From Marsupella aquatica (taxonomy: Eukaryota > Plantae > Marchantiophyta): DNA of 64,000 bases. The notes beneath the pieces were generated by a model. The model saw only the letters and a list, made by a program, of their open reading frames with translations, was not told the origin of the DNA and searched no databases. The translations under genes and the position numbers were made by a program. How positions within the stretch are numbered: the stretch's first letter is position 1; each line of letters starts with the position of its first letter. This document shows, piece by piece, positions 13,791 through 25,208 of the stretch. The stretch covers positions 8,187,241 to 8,251,240 of the forward strand of contig OZ316899.1 in the NCBI GenBank assembly GCA_973895155.1, written 5' to 3'.

Positions 13791-14133
13791 TGTTGAGCAT
13801 AGACGACACTTGTAACGGTAAGCACATGACACATCCAACGCGCAAGTAGTTGACACAAGAGATACGTGGTTCACCTCCTTGAGGCTACATCCACGGGAAC
13901 ACACAAGAGAGCTTTACTGAACTCTAAGCCCGTCGGCTATACCAAGTCTCTACAGTGTAAGCTCTTCTCATCTCTCAAGTGGCTCCATAACAATGAGTCT
14001 AAGTTCCACTTATCCAAGCAAACACCGCTTGGCATATAGTGTGCATCCTAGTTAACCTAACCACGTCTCTGACTATGGTTAGTCTAACTACGGTTACACA
14101 TCGTAACCCTAGACCTTGAGTAAATACCTAACA
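13791..14133 (-). repeat. copia-2 5' LTR
   Basis: Direct repeat of 7139-7480, adjacent to the PBS. Confidence 0.95.
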
Positions 14134-14237
14134 AATAAGTGGATCTTATCCTAAACTAACCAAGGCTCAACTAACCCTAGTAAGGCCAAACTAACTAAAG
14201 CCGACAACTCAAGTCAATTCCTAACAAATCTACGCTC

Positions 14238-14566
14238 GGGTGTATATGGCACCCGTGACAGAAAACAGGAAACAGGTTTCCTGGTACCAGTAAAAATTCC
14301 CTGTTACCAGCAAAAAGTTACTGTTACCAGGAAAAATGACAATCAAAAAATATTTTCAAAAAAGTCACATTTTCAAAAAAAACATTTAAAAAAACATTTT
14401 TTGGCTAGCTTTGGGCGCTAGCGTTACCAGCGCCGGGCGCTGGCTAAAAAAATAAATATTCAGAAAAAAAAATTCAAATTTTTTTTAATTACCACTCCTT
14501 TTCCTATTAGCAGTTTATGTTTGCTGTTACCGTTTGCTGTTTGCTGTCGTTTGTAAATACCTCCTC
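14238..14566. mobile_element. Short MITE-like non-autonomous element related to the MULE-like terminus
   Basis: The left end GGGTGTATAT..GACAGAAAACAGG and the right end (reverse complement GAGGAGGTATTTAC..GACAGCAAACAGC) both resemble the 3460-3558 terminus. It contains the same AGCGCCNGGCGCT palindrome (14427-14443). TSD is not clear. Confidence 0.5.
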
Positions 14567-14823
14567 GGGGGGGGTTGCATCTCCTATTTCCAAGCCCTGT
14601 ACTTAAATCTGACTACGAGAAATGTATTCCTCATATTCTTATAGTTCCATATCAGTGTCCCCGTGAAAGGAGTATTGATTTTCCACTTCAGCCAGTTTGC
14701 TTGGAGGTCTGGGGATACCAGTGATCGCCCTTAATCTCCCATTTCCATAGACCACCTTGCTGATACACCTGCAGCCCTTTCCATGCTCACATTTGGTTGT
14801 CTCCTGGATCCCTTTCAATTCCC

Positions 14824-15724
14824 CTACACAGTCTCCATAGGTACTGACAATGCCAACAATGGTTCTTCCATTCCCTCTCCCGTCGGGAGCTGAGTCCCAT
14901 CTTCCTTATTTCCCTTGATTTCCCCATCCGTCCCTTCCATACCTGCTGTTTCTCTAGCATTCACATCAGTGGCCAGGAGAATTCTATCTTCCACCAACAT
15001 AATAGCCTCTTCCACTCCAATGTGTAGCGAGTCCCTACTCTTGCCAGGGACACCAGCTGATTCCAGGGCCTTCTCCACGCCGGTCCCATCCTGATTCTCA
15101 CCGTTTTGCTCCTTCTCTTGAGTACCATATTGTTTGTGATCAGCTGCTCCAGCTACTTTCACCCTTGCTTCATGGTATCCACTCCTACAATCTTTGGCCC
15201 GATATCCTTTCATGTTGCATTTAAAACAGTGATAGGGATAATTCCTGAAGGTGACTGGCTGCCAAATGATAATGTCATCTCTCAACCTGATCCTTGCACT
15301 TGCAGGTACCCCCTGTTCCGTGTCCCATAGTATGCAAGCTCTATCATGCAAATAGGAGCTGGATTGGTCGCCCTGAATATAGTACAATAGAGTACCAAAT
15401 GACTTTGCTACCTTTCTCCTACAACCTTCCAACACCAATGCCCCAAAAGGGATCTCTATCCACACCGGGAGCTTCATAAAATGCTTGTTCTTGACATCAA
15501 AAAGAGCGGTCCCATGCAAAGGTATACACAAATTTTCTCTCCATGAACCATGGGGCCAATTCGAGCGCCGCATCCTTGTGATGTGGGTGTTCAAAGACCA
15601 CCATATAGAAGCTCTTCCCCATGTACTTCACTTGAACAATAGGCCAGCCCATCTCACTGACCATTACTTCCTATTGCGAGGTACACAACTTCATCAATTA
15701 TCAGTGACTTTCATCAGTCACTGA
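14824..15724 (-). pseudogene. L1-type LINE ORF1 fragment (DUF4283-like region plus zinc knuckle)
   Basis: KLPVWIEIPF...KVAKSFG and CFKCNMKGYRAKDC (degenerate CCHC), typical of plant L1 ORF1. No ORF2 nearby. Confidence 0.7.
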
Positions 15725-16115
15725 TATCAGTCTATGCCCAAAACTCAGTGACGCTGCCGACATGCATTTAATTCACACCCACAATCAAACCCTATGTCGG
15801 CGTCCACTCTGACATTGTTTTGGTTCGGACAATTAGTAATGTCGACTGCCTCTCTGACCATCTTGGTGCCCTTTCTAACCATCTTGGCGTCCAATCTGAG
15901 ATATCCTTGGAGTGTTGTTCCATCTCGGCTGAGCTCGCCAAGATGAAAACATACCCAACAACGTGTACAACATAGCATATCAAATAGGAGCCACATTAAG
16001 AACATTTGGATGACATACTTTTTATTAAGCTTTGTACCGAACTTTACAACAATGTTGTCTATCTCAATTTTATGAACTAAATTCCACTAGGCTGCATCTC
16101 CATCTTCCATCCTCT

Positions 16116-16918
16116 CTATAGGCTAATTGTCTGGCAGACAAGGTCCACAACAATCTTTTGCCGCATGATGTCTATAAGTGCAGGGTCAAAGTTCAGTACG
16201 CCGCCTCCAGAAATATGCTCCATGTAGATAATGATATATACACCACAATTGTAATCATCCCCTTGACCTGTAATGTTATCTCGGTAAATGCGTGGCCATT
16301 GTAATGGACATAACAAGGTACGACCCCGCAAGATGGAGAGGTCCAAAAGAAACTGAGCTACTTTCAACACTTCTGTGCCATCCTGTGCTTCGGGCACAAG
16401 CGGATCAAGTAAATGCAGTTGCTGCAAGGTAGTATCAACCACAACTAGTACCCAGTGTTTTGGCCGGTAGACGGGGATTAAAACGTACTCGTGGTCCCAC
16501 ATTTAATGCCCCACCAATATGCCAACGTTGCATTGAAGTTATATTCCGGAGTTGCCATCACTTGGTAAAAATGTGTTGGCAATAACATGGCCTTGGGTTT
16601 ATGAAGGGTTTGTGCTCTTCGTTCCAGTAAAGCAATGTAAGCATTGATGACGTCGCAAGTGATCCATTTTTTTGGCCTCAAGCATTTTAAATGTGCCCTT
16701 GTCAAGTGCACGTCCTCGATTGTCACTATGACCTCTTTTTGGTCCGCCTTGGGGTCCAATGCCTTCTTCACTATTGCCAAAAATTTGGATGGTTGTTGTT
16801 GTGCGGGCACTCCTTTGTTTGCAAGCCCCACCTCTTTCACTCCTGCCCAGGGAGTCAGCCCCTCATTCACTGGTTGCTCAGGTCTCTCCTGAGCTGCAAT
16901 GAAGGTAAATTCATTCAA
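16116..16918 (-). pseudogene. Ulp1/SENP-family (peptidase C48) protease domain, frameshifted near 16490
   Basis: LKCLRPKKWITCDVINAY..LLPTHFY, then LIPVYRPKHWVLVVVD (His), LLDPL (Asp) and QGDDYNCGVY (Gln/Cys). Confidence 0.85.
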
Positions 16919-17324
16919 ACATTACTCTTTGGAATTGGAGCTTGATAATCTTATACTTACATGGTGAGTTTGGAGACTGTCACTTCCTACCGAGCTACTC
17001 TCATCCGATTGAGCTTCTTTTGCCCTATCATCGACAAATTTGAGAGTTTTCCTTTTTCTCTCTTTTACACAACGAGGTACTATTTCTTCATGATACGTAT
17101 CAGCAGCGTAGCACGGAAGGGTTAACTTCTCCGACGATAAATATGTTGAAGCTTCCTCCCACGCAAGCTTGACAAGCCATCTGTCCTGGCTGTCCCATTC
17201 CGCTGTAGCTGACTCGGTAGTCCTGTAGGGAACTGCTACTTAGTTATACTTAAATCCAATCAAATAATGTATTGCACCCAAAATAGACGTAAACAAGGAG
17301 GCATCTGTCGGGGAAGGTAGTCGA

Positions 17325-17890
17325 CATGGATCGGCGGATCTTGAAGAGGCCAGCCGAGATCACTCTTCCTCAGACGGATCTTGGAGAGGCCAGCCAAGAT
17401 GACTATTCCTGAGACAGATCTCGGAGACGCCAGCCAAGATGACTTCCTGAGACGGATCTTGGAGAGGCCAGCCGAGATGACTTCCTGAGACGGATCTCGG
17501 AGAGGCCAGCCGAGATGACTATTCCTGAGACGGATCTCAGAGAGGCCAGCCAAGATTGACTCAACCTAAGACAGATCTCGGAGAGGCCAGTCGAGATGAC
17601 TGTTCCTGAGAAGGATCTCAGAGAGGCAAGCCAAGATTGACTCTTCCTCAGACGGATCTCAAAGAGGTCAGCCAAGATGACTTTTCTTGAGATGGATCTC
17701 AGAGAGGCCAACCGAGATTGACTCTTCCTGAGACGGATCTCGGAGAGGCCAGCCAAGATGACCATTCCTGAGACGGATCTCAGAGAGGCCAACCAAGATT
17801 AACTCTTCTTGAGACGGATCTTGGAGAGGCCAGCCGAGATCACTCTTCCTCAGACGGATCTCGGAGAGGCCCGCCAAGATGACTCTTCCT
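17325..17890. repeat. Minisatellite, ~37-42-bp unit, about 14 copies
   Basis: Repeating CTTCCTGAGACGGATCTCGGAGAGGCCAGCCAAGATGA with small indels. Confidence 0.9.
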
Positions 17891-20124
17891 AAGTTGCATG
17901 TAGAGGAATGAATCTTGGCGAGGTCCACCAACATGCATCTCAAGTTAGGACTTGCCCTTGCTTGTAGAGGAGGCCAGACGCTATGAATGTCAGCAAGGTC
18001 AGCCGACATGCATACATATTGGCAAGGCCGCTAACTTGTATCCCTCTATTGTCAACCATTGCAATGAGCAAGCAAATATGAAATGAAGAACGTCAAACGC
18101 CAGAAAACTTACATGTTGTTGGGAGTACTGCCGGATTTTTCTTCTTGCGCTTTTCTAGATTGGCTTTTGAACGGACCACCTCTTCCTCCTTTGGGGAGAT
18201 CACTCCAACCAGTTCTGCCAGTTGGTCTTGCACACAAGTTCCAAAGTGAGGATAGGATTCAGTCCCAAACACCATCCGCCTGCAATTTTCACCGGCTTGA
18301 ATATTACCCCAAACTGTGGGTTGAAAGTGAGGATAGTTGCCCCAGGGTGTGTTGTATATTCGATGATACGTTGGAGCGTTGCTCACGACATGTGCCCGCA
18401 AAAGGGTCGTTAACCTGATTCTTCTTGGATGTATAGTTCGTTAGCCCATTCCTACTCTTCATATCAAGCTCTGCACTAATTGGTGCCACATCATCCTTTG
18501 GGCATATCTCCACAGTAGATTGAACCCCCACAGGTCTAGCTTGAGATATTCGCTCTGGATTGGCCAAACATATTCAGAGGTCAGACTTCCTCAGTTTAGG
18601 ATAGTAAGTCATTGGAATAAAAAATAAATGAAGAAGTAGGTAATTGATGGGACTTACTCGCTTCCCGGTCCTACCATCGTAGGTGGGTGTGTCGTTCCAG
18701 ATAAAGAAGCTTTCTTTCAACCCCCAGTTGGTATTCTCGTAAACTAATGCATCATAAATGCAAGTTGAGTGCCAAAGCAAACCATTGTGCACGATGGCAA
18801 ACAGTCCTTCGGAATCAAGGACATCTCAAGCAAACTCCTGAACCCGGTTCAAGTCGTCCTTTCGGAACAAATTCCACAACGGGGTGGACTTACCCTCGAC
18901 CATACGCGTGTCTGTTCCCATATGTATCAGAATTAAATCTGCACCAGTCTTCACTCCCTTCCCCCCTTTTCTCCAGGCATTTTGACACAAACCTTCTCGC
19001 AATAGCTTTCTGCACCATGAGATCAATTTACTAACTATAGGGGGTTCGGTACCTTCTTTAGCCGCATCAAAAAAAGTTGTAAGTAGATTTGGAGACCACC
19101 TAAAATACATATGTCTGCTCTGGGAAGACATGGTATTGGCGTAAGAACGCCTTACTCCTTCCACCTCAGTATTATCCTCTTCTCCCAGGGCCTCTTCATC
19201 CTCCTCAATTTCCAATTTGGGGTCAGGTTGGATGGTTGTGGGTGGAACCTCTCCAGTGCCGGGCGTGGGAGGCAACTCAGTGGGGGAAGAAAGAGGAGGA
19301 AATTCCTCGTCACGTTGTCGTGCCAAAAGATTTTGGCTCAGGAATGGCTTTTATAGGGGATGATGGGCCAGGCCTCCCGGTTGGGTTGCGTGCATGCTGA
19401 CTCGGAGGGGCTGCTTGGTTGGATGGATTGAGGTTTGGTGATTGGGTGACTTATCGTCACCAGGTTTGGTGTTTGGGTGAGCCACCAGGCTTGGAGTTTG
19501 GATGGGCCTCACTGATGGCAGCTGGCTCAGGCTGGATGGTTGGGTTTCCGATGCTACTTAAGACTTGAGCCTCGACTCATTGAGGTTGGCGGTTGTCTAT
19601 TGAGATTTGTTGAGTTGCGTTCTGTGAGTTCCGCTCTGTTCTGCGGAACTCGACTGTTGTGCGGCGGTTTTGGAGTTCTGGGCAAGTGTTGGATCCAGGT
19701 GTGGAGTTTTTGATCCAGGCAAGGATTTCTTGAGTTTGGAGCCTCGTTGGTCCAGGCCCGAGTTGCGTGTGAGCTGTTTTAGACTAGTGGAATAGCTAGT
19801 CGAGTTTTGGTTTTGTGAGCTAAGGAGGATAGTTTTTCCGTCAGATTTTGAGTAGTTAGTCACTCGAGGAGTTCTACTCGACAAGTTAGAGGTAGCGGCC
19901 CGCCGTAGGGCCAGCTACCAGACTCTTGTGGGCAAGCTTACTCGAGGGCACCTATTGTAACCTTTGTGAGAAAAGTAAAAAATATAAAGGAGTATGAGTT
20001 CGCTCCAAAAAGTGCCTATCGCCTGTCCCAATTGCAGCCATAAACGCGCAGTTTGCCCAAGGAGCCCCTTATTTTAAGTCCTTGCAACATTGGCGACCAT
20101 ACTAGGGATTCGCGATTGGATGAG

Positions 20125-23100
20125 ATGGGTGACTATGACAAAGTTGATCGGATCTCGAGCATCGTCATGTCGATGATGAGAACCATAAGGAAGGAAGAGC
20201 TTGAGGCGGAAAGGGCAAACATGGAAGCGAATAGAGCTACTCGGTGTCTCCAAGAGGTTTTGAAGGAGAATGGGCAGTTTGATGGGAGAAATGTGACAAG
20301 CTACCTTAAGTCTTACTTGACAGAAGCAGCTGTCTATAAGTTGGACGAAGGGACGGCGGTGAAAGAGTTCATTGTGCTGGTTGAGAAGGAGTTGAGTTTG
20401 ACGGTGCGGACCATCATTGAGTCAGCTGAGGGCTGGGATGACTTTGACCAAAAGATGAAAGAGGAGTTCCAAGCGGAGGATGCTGATTGGGTCACGCAGG
20501 CTACCTTCTTGGATTGGGTGAATGACAAGAACAAGAAGCTGAAGGGGCCGCAAGAGCTCCTAAGGGAGTTCAAGAGAAGGGTGTCTCAGTTACCAAAGTG
20601 GGATGTGGGAATCATCGAGTTGCAGCGCTCGACGCTCTTCTTGAGGGCAGCCAATGAGGACCTTTGAGAGGAGCTTGAGAATGCGATGGAGCTGCTGGAA
20701 CCTTCAAGAGTTACCTTGTCTAACAACTAGAACCAAGTTGAGAAAGTGGTGTCAAAAGTGAGCAATCGACACCGGCGGTGAGAGCTAGCCAAGGAGGCTA
20801 CCACTCTCGACCTAAGGCCGCCGGAACCGATATTGAGGAAAGGGAAGCGAGAACCAGCGAAGGATGAGATCAAACCATCAGTGGATGATCTCACAGAAAT
20901 GATGCAAAACCTGAAGATCTTGGCCGCACATGCGGTCAAGAATCCAAAACCGAGGGTTGCGAGTGCTCCCCAGAGGAAGCGAGAGATGCAGAGTTGGCCA
21001 TGCATGTCGTGCAACAGCAAAGAGCATGACAAACGGGAGTGCCTGGACCTGAGGGAAGCTACGGATAAAGGGCTGATCAAGTTCATCGGTGAAGTTGGTT
21101 AGAAAAAGATATCGTTTGCCGATACTGAAGAGCCGATTCCATTCAACTCCAACAAGGGAGGCATGAAGGCTTTGGCTAAGAAGCGAGCTGGGAAGCGATT
21201 CGAAGAGGCGTCCTCTTTGCACCTGGAAGTGAATGTTTACAATGTGGAGTTGGATGGCAATGTGACGGAAACGGACAAGTTTTACAAGCGCTTGGGGGAT
21301 CTGGTGCGAGAGAGATCCGGATGGAGTGACCCGGTGCTGATCAATGCGATAACGGTTGAGGTTGGGGCTAGTTGGGATGCCTCGGTCGAGTCAAAAAGGA
21401 AGAAAATTGACAAGGATGACACTTCGTCTCAATCAGGGGAACGAGAGAGGCGGGATACTCGAGACAAGGAAAGAAGGGTTAGGTTCAAAGAAGAGGAAAT
21501 GAGCGAGAAAGAGCCAGAGAAAGGGAAATCGATCAGGAAGGACCCGGGCTGGGTGCTTGGCAGGGATGTGGACCAGGCCATGTACCCGGAGGTTGTAGCT
21601 GAGAAGTTCTGGAGCCAATAGGCTCAAGGGTTTAACCAATGCCGAGTTCTTTGGTAGTATGAGGCGGGAGATCCAGGAAGCGATCTTGGAGAGATCCAAG
21701 AGGAAACGGATTTACAAAGAGGGCCCTCACACCTTGATGGGGGAGGCTGGCGAGACGGAAATTGGGAGTTTCCAAACTTACACTGCTGGGGTGTCCATGG
21801 GTTCAGGTAGTAAGCCTGTCGGCCCCGAAGAGTCAGACTTGGGGAAACCGAAGAGGGTCAAGTCCCTTGAAGAGGAGCTCATGGACTTGGACGAGGAGTT
21901 CTTCGATGCGGAAGAGGAGCTCATGGGAACCGGAAGCAAAGCTGAGTCTATGGCAAACAGGGACCCGACTGAAGGGAAAGAGCGAGAAGGCATTACTACG
22001 CAATCAAGGACCATTCATGTCATGGGCTCAATGAAAGGAAACGGTTATGCTTACTGAGATGGATACTGGGCTTGAGCAAGTCCCGAGAGCAAGTGCCAGT
22101 TGGAAGGAATGGAAGGCAAGGTACGGGCGCTCATTGATACTGGCTCGGAGATCAACTTGATGGATCCAAAGGTGTTTCAAAAGGGGAATTGGCCGGTGGA
22201 TAATGAGTTGCTTTGGAGTGTGAACTCGGTGATTTCAATGAAGGACTAGCTTTGGGGCGGATGTCTGAATGTGATGGTGAAGTTCAGGAATGTCAAGCAG
22301 GCTTGTAACATTTTTGTTCATGAGCACTTGTTGTTTCCGGTGATACTGGGCATGCCGTTCATCACTGAATGGAGGATGGAGACAAAGGTTCTGGATGATA
22401 CTACCTTCATGGTGAAGGTTCGAGGCAAAGATGATAAGGAGGTGGTTCAGTTTCCGGCGGTTCTACCTGGAAATGAGAGGAACCAAAAGCAACTGCAAGA
22501 TCCAACAACGGCAGAAGTTGGCATTGCTATGGGGGAGAACCGAGATGCTAAGATGGATCTAAGTGCAGAGTTCAAAGGGGAGCCAATTTTGGACAAAAGA
22601 TGGGGAGTCTAGTGTTCAAGGAAGAGTGTTACTCAGGAGAGCTACTGGACATTGGGAAGTATCTGAGTGACTTTGGGAAGCGGCTGAAACAGGATGGTGA
22701 AGAGTTCGAAGACATTTGAGTGAATTCTGATAAGTTAGAGAGGGCTACCTTTGGCGGAAACCTAAGGGCCCCATGCTAGTGTTAGATATTGCTCTAGTCT
22801 TGTGACTCATGAGCTAACCACAGTTAGTCTAACTCGGGTTAGGACTTAGCTAATGTTAGCGGTAGTGCTATTGTGCATATAGCCAGGGCTGATGCCAAAC
22901 CCTGGTGGAACTTAGGCTCATTGTTACGGAGCTAGTTGAGAGATAGGGAGAGCTTGTGCTGTGGATGCTTGGTATGGCTGGTCGGTCTAGAGTGCAATAA
23001 AGCTGTTGTGTGTTCCCGTGGACGTAGCCTCATGTGGAGGTGAACCACGTATCTCTCTGTGTCGACTATTGTGCGTTGGATGGTTCATGGGCTTGCTGTT

Positions 23101-23651
23101 ACAAATGTCGTCTATGCTCAACAGCTAGTACCGAGGAGAGTTGTCGATTCTAAGGATGAGCAAAGCAGATTTTGGAGGAAGTCTATGATGCTGAGGTCAA
23201 AGGTGGTTTGAAAGGAATAAGGGCGAAGGTCTATGAGCAGATCCGAAAGGAGTATTGGCGGCCAGATTTGTATTGGGATGTTCAGGAGTATGCTGACAAT
23301 CGAGGGATCCATCACAACTTGAAGAGGCAGATTCAAGAGCTTGATCGGATTGACTATCGAGTCGTTGACATACGGGAGAGAGTGAAGGTTTGCAAGGTGC
23401 AAACTAGAGATGAAATGGACTCAAGTTCCGACTTGAGTGAGTTTGAAGTCAAGGCGCTGGTCAAGGCGCATCCGTTGGACTTGAGTTTTGAAAGTGGCTT
23501 GACTGGTTCTGATTTAGATGAGTTGGACTTCGAGTTTCTGGAAAGTGGAGTGCCTACGGCCAAGTCTGAAGGCTTTGGGTTTGAGTTTCTTGAGGAGGAA
23601 GTGGTCCAGGCGCATGGCTCGAGTTTGGACTCAGACTTAGAGGAAATCTGA
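20125..23651 (+). pseudogene. gag (CMSCNSKEHDKREC knuckle), aspartic protease (ALIDTGSEINL) and a relic of the integrase zinc-binding region
   Basis: FDGRNVTSYL gag start; protease motif at about 22128-22160; GGLKGIRAKVYEQIRKEYWRPDLYWDVQEY resembles the INT N-terminal G-H-G..YWWP segment. Many in-frame stops. Confidence 0.75.
22780..23123 (+). mobile_element. Solo LTR related to the copia-2 LTR
   Basis: TGTTAG..GTCGTCTATGCTCAACA (344 bp), TSD GCTAG on both sides. Its 3' part matches the reverse complement of 7139-7260. Confidence 0.9.
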
Positions 23652-25019
23652 TGGATTGGAGCAGACCAGAGACTGCTTAGGTTTACTGGGGGAGGATGTC
23701 GTGCCAAAAGAATTCGGCTCAGAAATGGCTTTTATAGGGGATGATGGGCGAGGCCTCCCGGTTGGGTTGCGTGCATGCTGACTCGGAGGGGCTGCTTGGT
23801 TGGATGGATTGAGGTTTGGTGATTGGGTGACTTGTCGTCACCAAGTTTGGTGTTTGGGTGAGTCACCAAGCTTGGAGTTTGGATGAGCCTCACTGATGGC
23901 AGTTGGCTCAGGCTGGATGGTTGGGTTTCCGATGCTACTTAAGACTTAAGCCTCGACTCATTGAGGTTGGCGGTTGTCTATTGAGATTTGTTGAGTGCGT
24001 TCTGTGAGTTCCGCTCCGTTCTGCGGAACTCGACTGTTGTGCGGCGGTTTTGGAGTTCTGGGCAAGTGTTGGATCCAGGTGTGGAGTTTTTGATCCAGGC
24101 GGGGATTTATCGAGTTTGGAGCCTTGTTGGTCCAGGCCCGAGTTCCGTGTGAGCTATTTTAGACTAGTGGAGTAGCTAGTCAAGTTTTGGTTTTGTGAGC
24201 TAAGGAGGATAGTTTTTCCGTCAGATTTTGAGTAGTTAGTCACTCGAGGAGTTCTACTCGACAAGTTAGAGGTAGCGGCCCGCCGTAGGGCCAGCTACTA
24301 GACTCTTGTGGGCAAGCTTACTTGAGGGCACCTATTGTAACCTTTGTGAGAAAAGTAAAAAATATAATGGAGTGAGAGTTTGCTCCAAAAAGTGCTTGTC
24401 GCCTGTCCCAATCGCAACCAGAAACGCGTAGTTTGCCCGAGGAGCCCCTAACTTTAAGTCTTAGCGACAACGTGCTTTGCTTGGGCTCCCTTTGGGAGCT
24501 CTAGGTCGCCTAGTTTTCTTTCTTTTTAAGCCCTTTTCATTTTGCCGTGACAGTAATGGTGGCCGGTAAGGCATAGGAGAGATATCAGACAAGCGCCCTT
24601 CATCTCCGGACTGTCCTTTGTCCTCTTCCTCTCGCTCCTCTTCCTCTCGCTCCTCTTCCTCTCGCTCACCCACATCATCCTCACCTTGCTGCTTGGGAGC
24701 CAATTCATCTTGTACTTCAGGAGCCTCATGCGGAGGCAAGTCAAATTCTTGCAGCGGAGCCTCGTCTAGACCCAACTCAACTATTGGTTGTTTATCCTTG
24801 TGCCCTGGACCCTGCAAAACCCTTGGACCATCCTCAACTGCTGCCTTTGTAGCCGGCTCTACACCCTTGCTCTTGACAGAACCAAGTTCCGTTTGGATCT
24901 CTGCATGACCTGCATAGGATGCAAATTGATGAGCTTCATGATGGCAACTGCATCTCGGCGAGCCTCGCCAAGATTGGGTTCATTATATGCAAGTAACTTA
25001 TTACTCAACTAATACTTCA

Positions 25020-25175
25020 TCTTGGCAAGCCTCACCAACATCTGGATTGGACCAGACACTTAATCTCGGAGAGCCTTGCCGACATCTGGACTGGACCAGA
25101 CACTTAATCTCAGAGAGCCTTGCCGACATCTGGACTGGACCGGACACTTAATCTCGGCGAACCTTGCCAACATGA
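25020..25175. repeat. Tandem repeat, 44-bp unit, about 3.5 copies (intronic)
   Basis: GACATCTGGACTGGACCAGACACTTAATCTCGGAGAGCCTTGCC repeated. Confidence 0.85.
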
Positions 25176-25208
25176 GGGGTCTGGATTTCAAAGACCCTCT
25201 AAGTCATC

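Larger units (their letters stand above)
7139..14133 (-). mobile_element. Full-length but decayed Ty1/copia element 'copia-2', nested in the copia-1 LTR
   Basis: Two ~342-bp TG..CA LTRs (7139-7480, 13791-14133). TSD AATAA at 7134-7138 and 14134-14138. PPT AGGGGGAGAT (minus) at 7481-7490. Degenerate iMet PBS GCTATAATACCA at 13777-13788. Confidence 0.95.
3557..14226 (-). mobile_element. Ty1/copia LTR retrotransposon 'copia-1' (5' half; 5' LTR split by copia-2; cut on its 3' side by the MULE insertion)
   Basis: gag-PR-INT order on the minus strand. PBS at 6918-6929. The LTR runs TGTAGG.. 6932-7138 and resumes at 14139-14226, ending ..CCTAACA. Confidence 0.85.
19316..24469 (+). mobile_element. 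Non-autonomous Ty3/gypsy-like LTR element (gag plus protease, no RT/RNase H)
   Basis: LTRs at 19316-20089 and 23697-24469 (~773 bp, TGTCG..CA). 4-bp TSD ACGT. PBS TGGCGACCA at 20091 (tRNA-Arg-like). PPT GGGGGAGGA at 23688-23696. Confidence 0.9.

Noticed and set aside
17325-17890. CRISPR-like appearance of the ~40-bp repeat array
   Set aside because: The units are head-to-tail with no unique spacers, there are no cas genes, and the context is eukaryotic. It is a minisatellite, and the ORFs over it are repeat artefacts.
19311-24474. 10-bp inverted repeat CACGTTGTCG / CGACAACGTG suggesting a tyrosine-recombinase (DIRS-like) insertion
   Set aside because: It is fully explained by the TGTCG..CGACA LTR termini plus the palindromic CACGTG target. 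No recombinase ORF is present.
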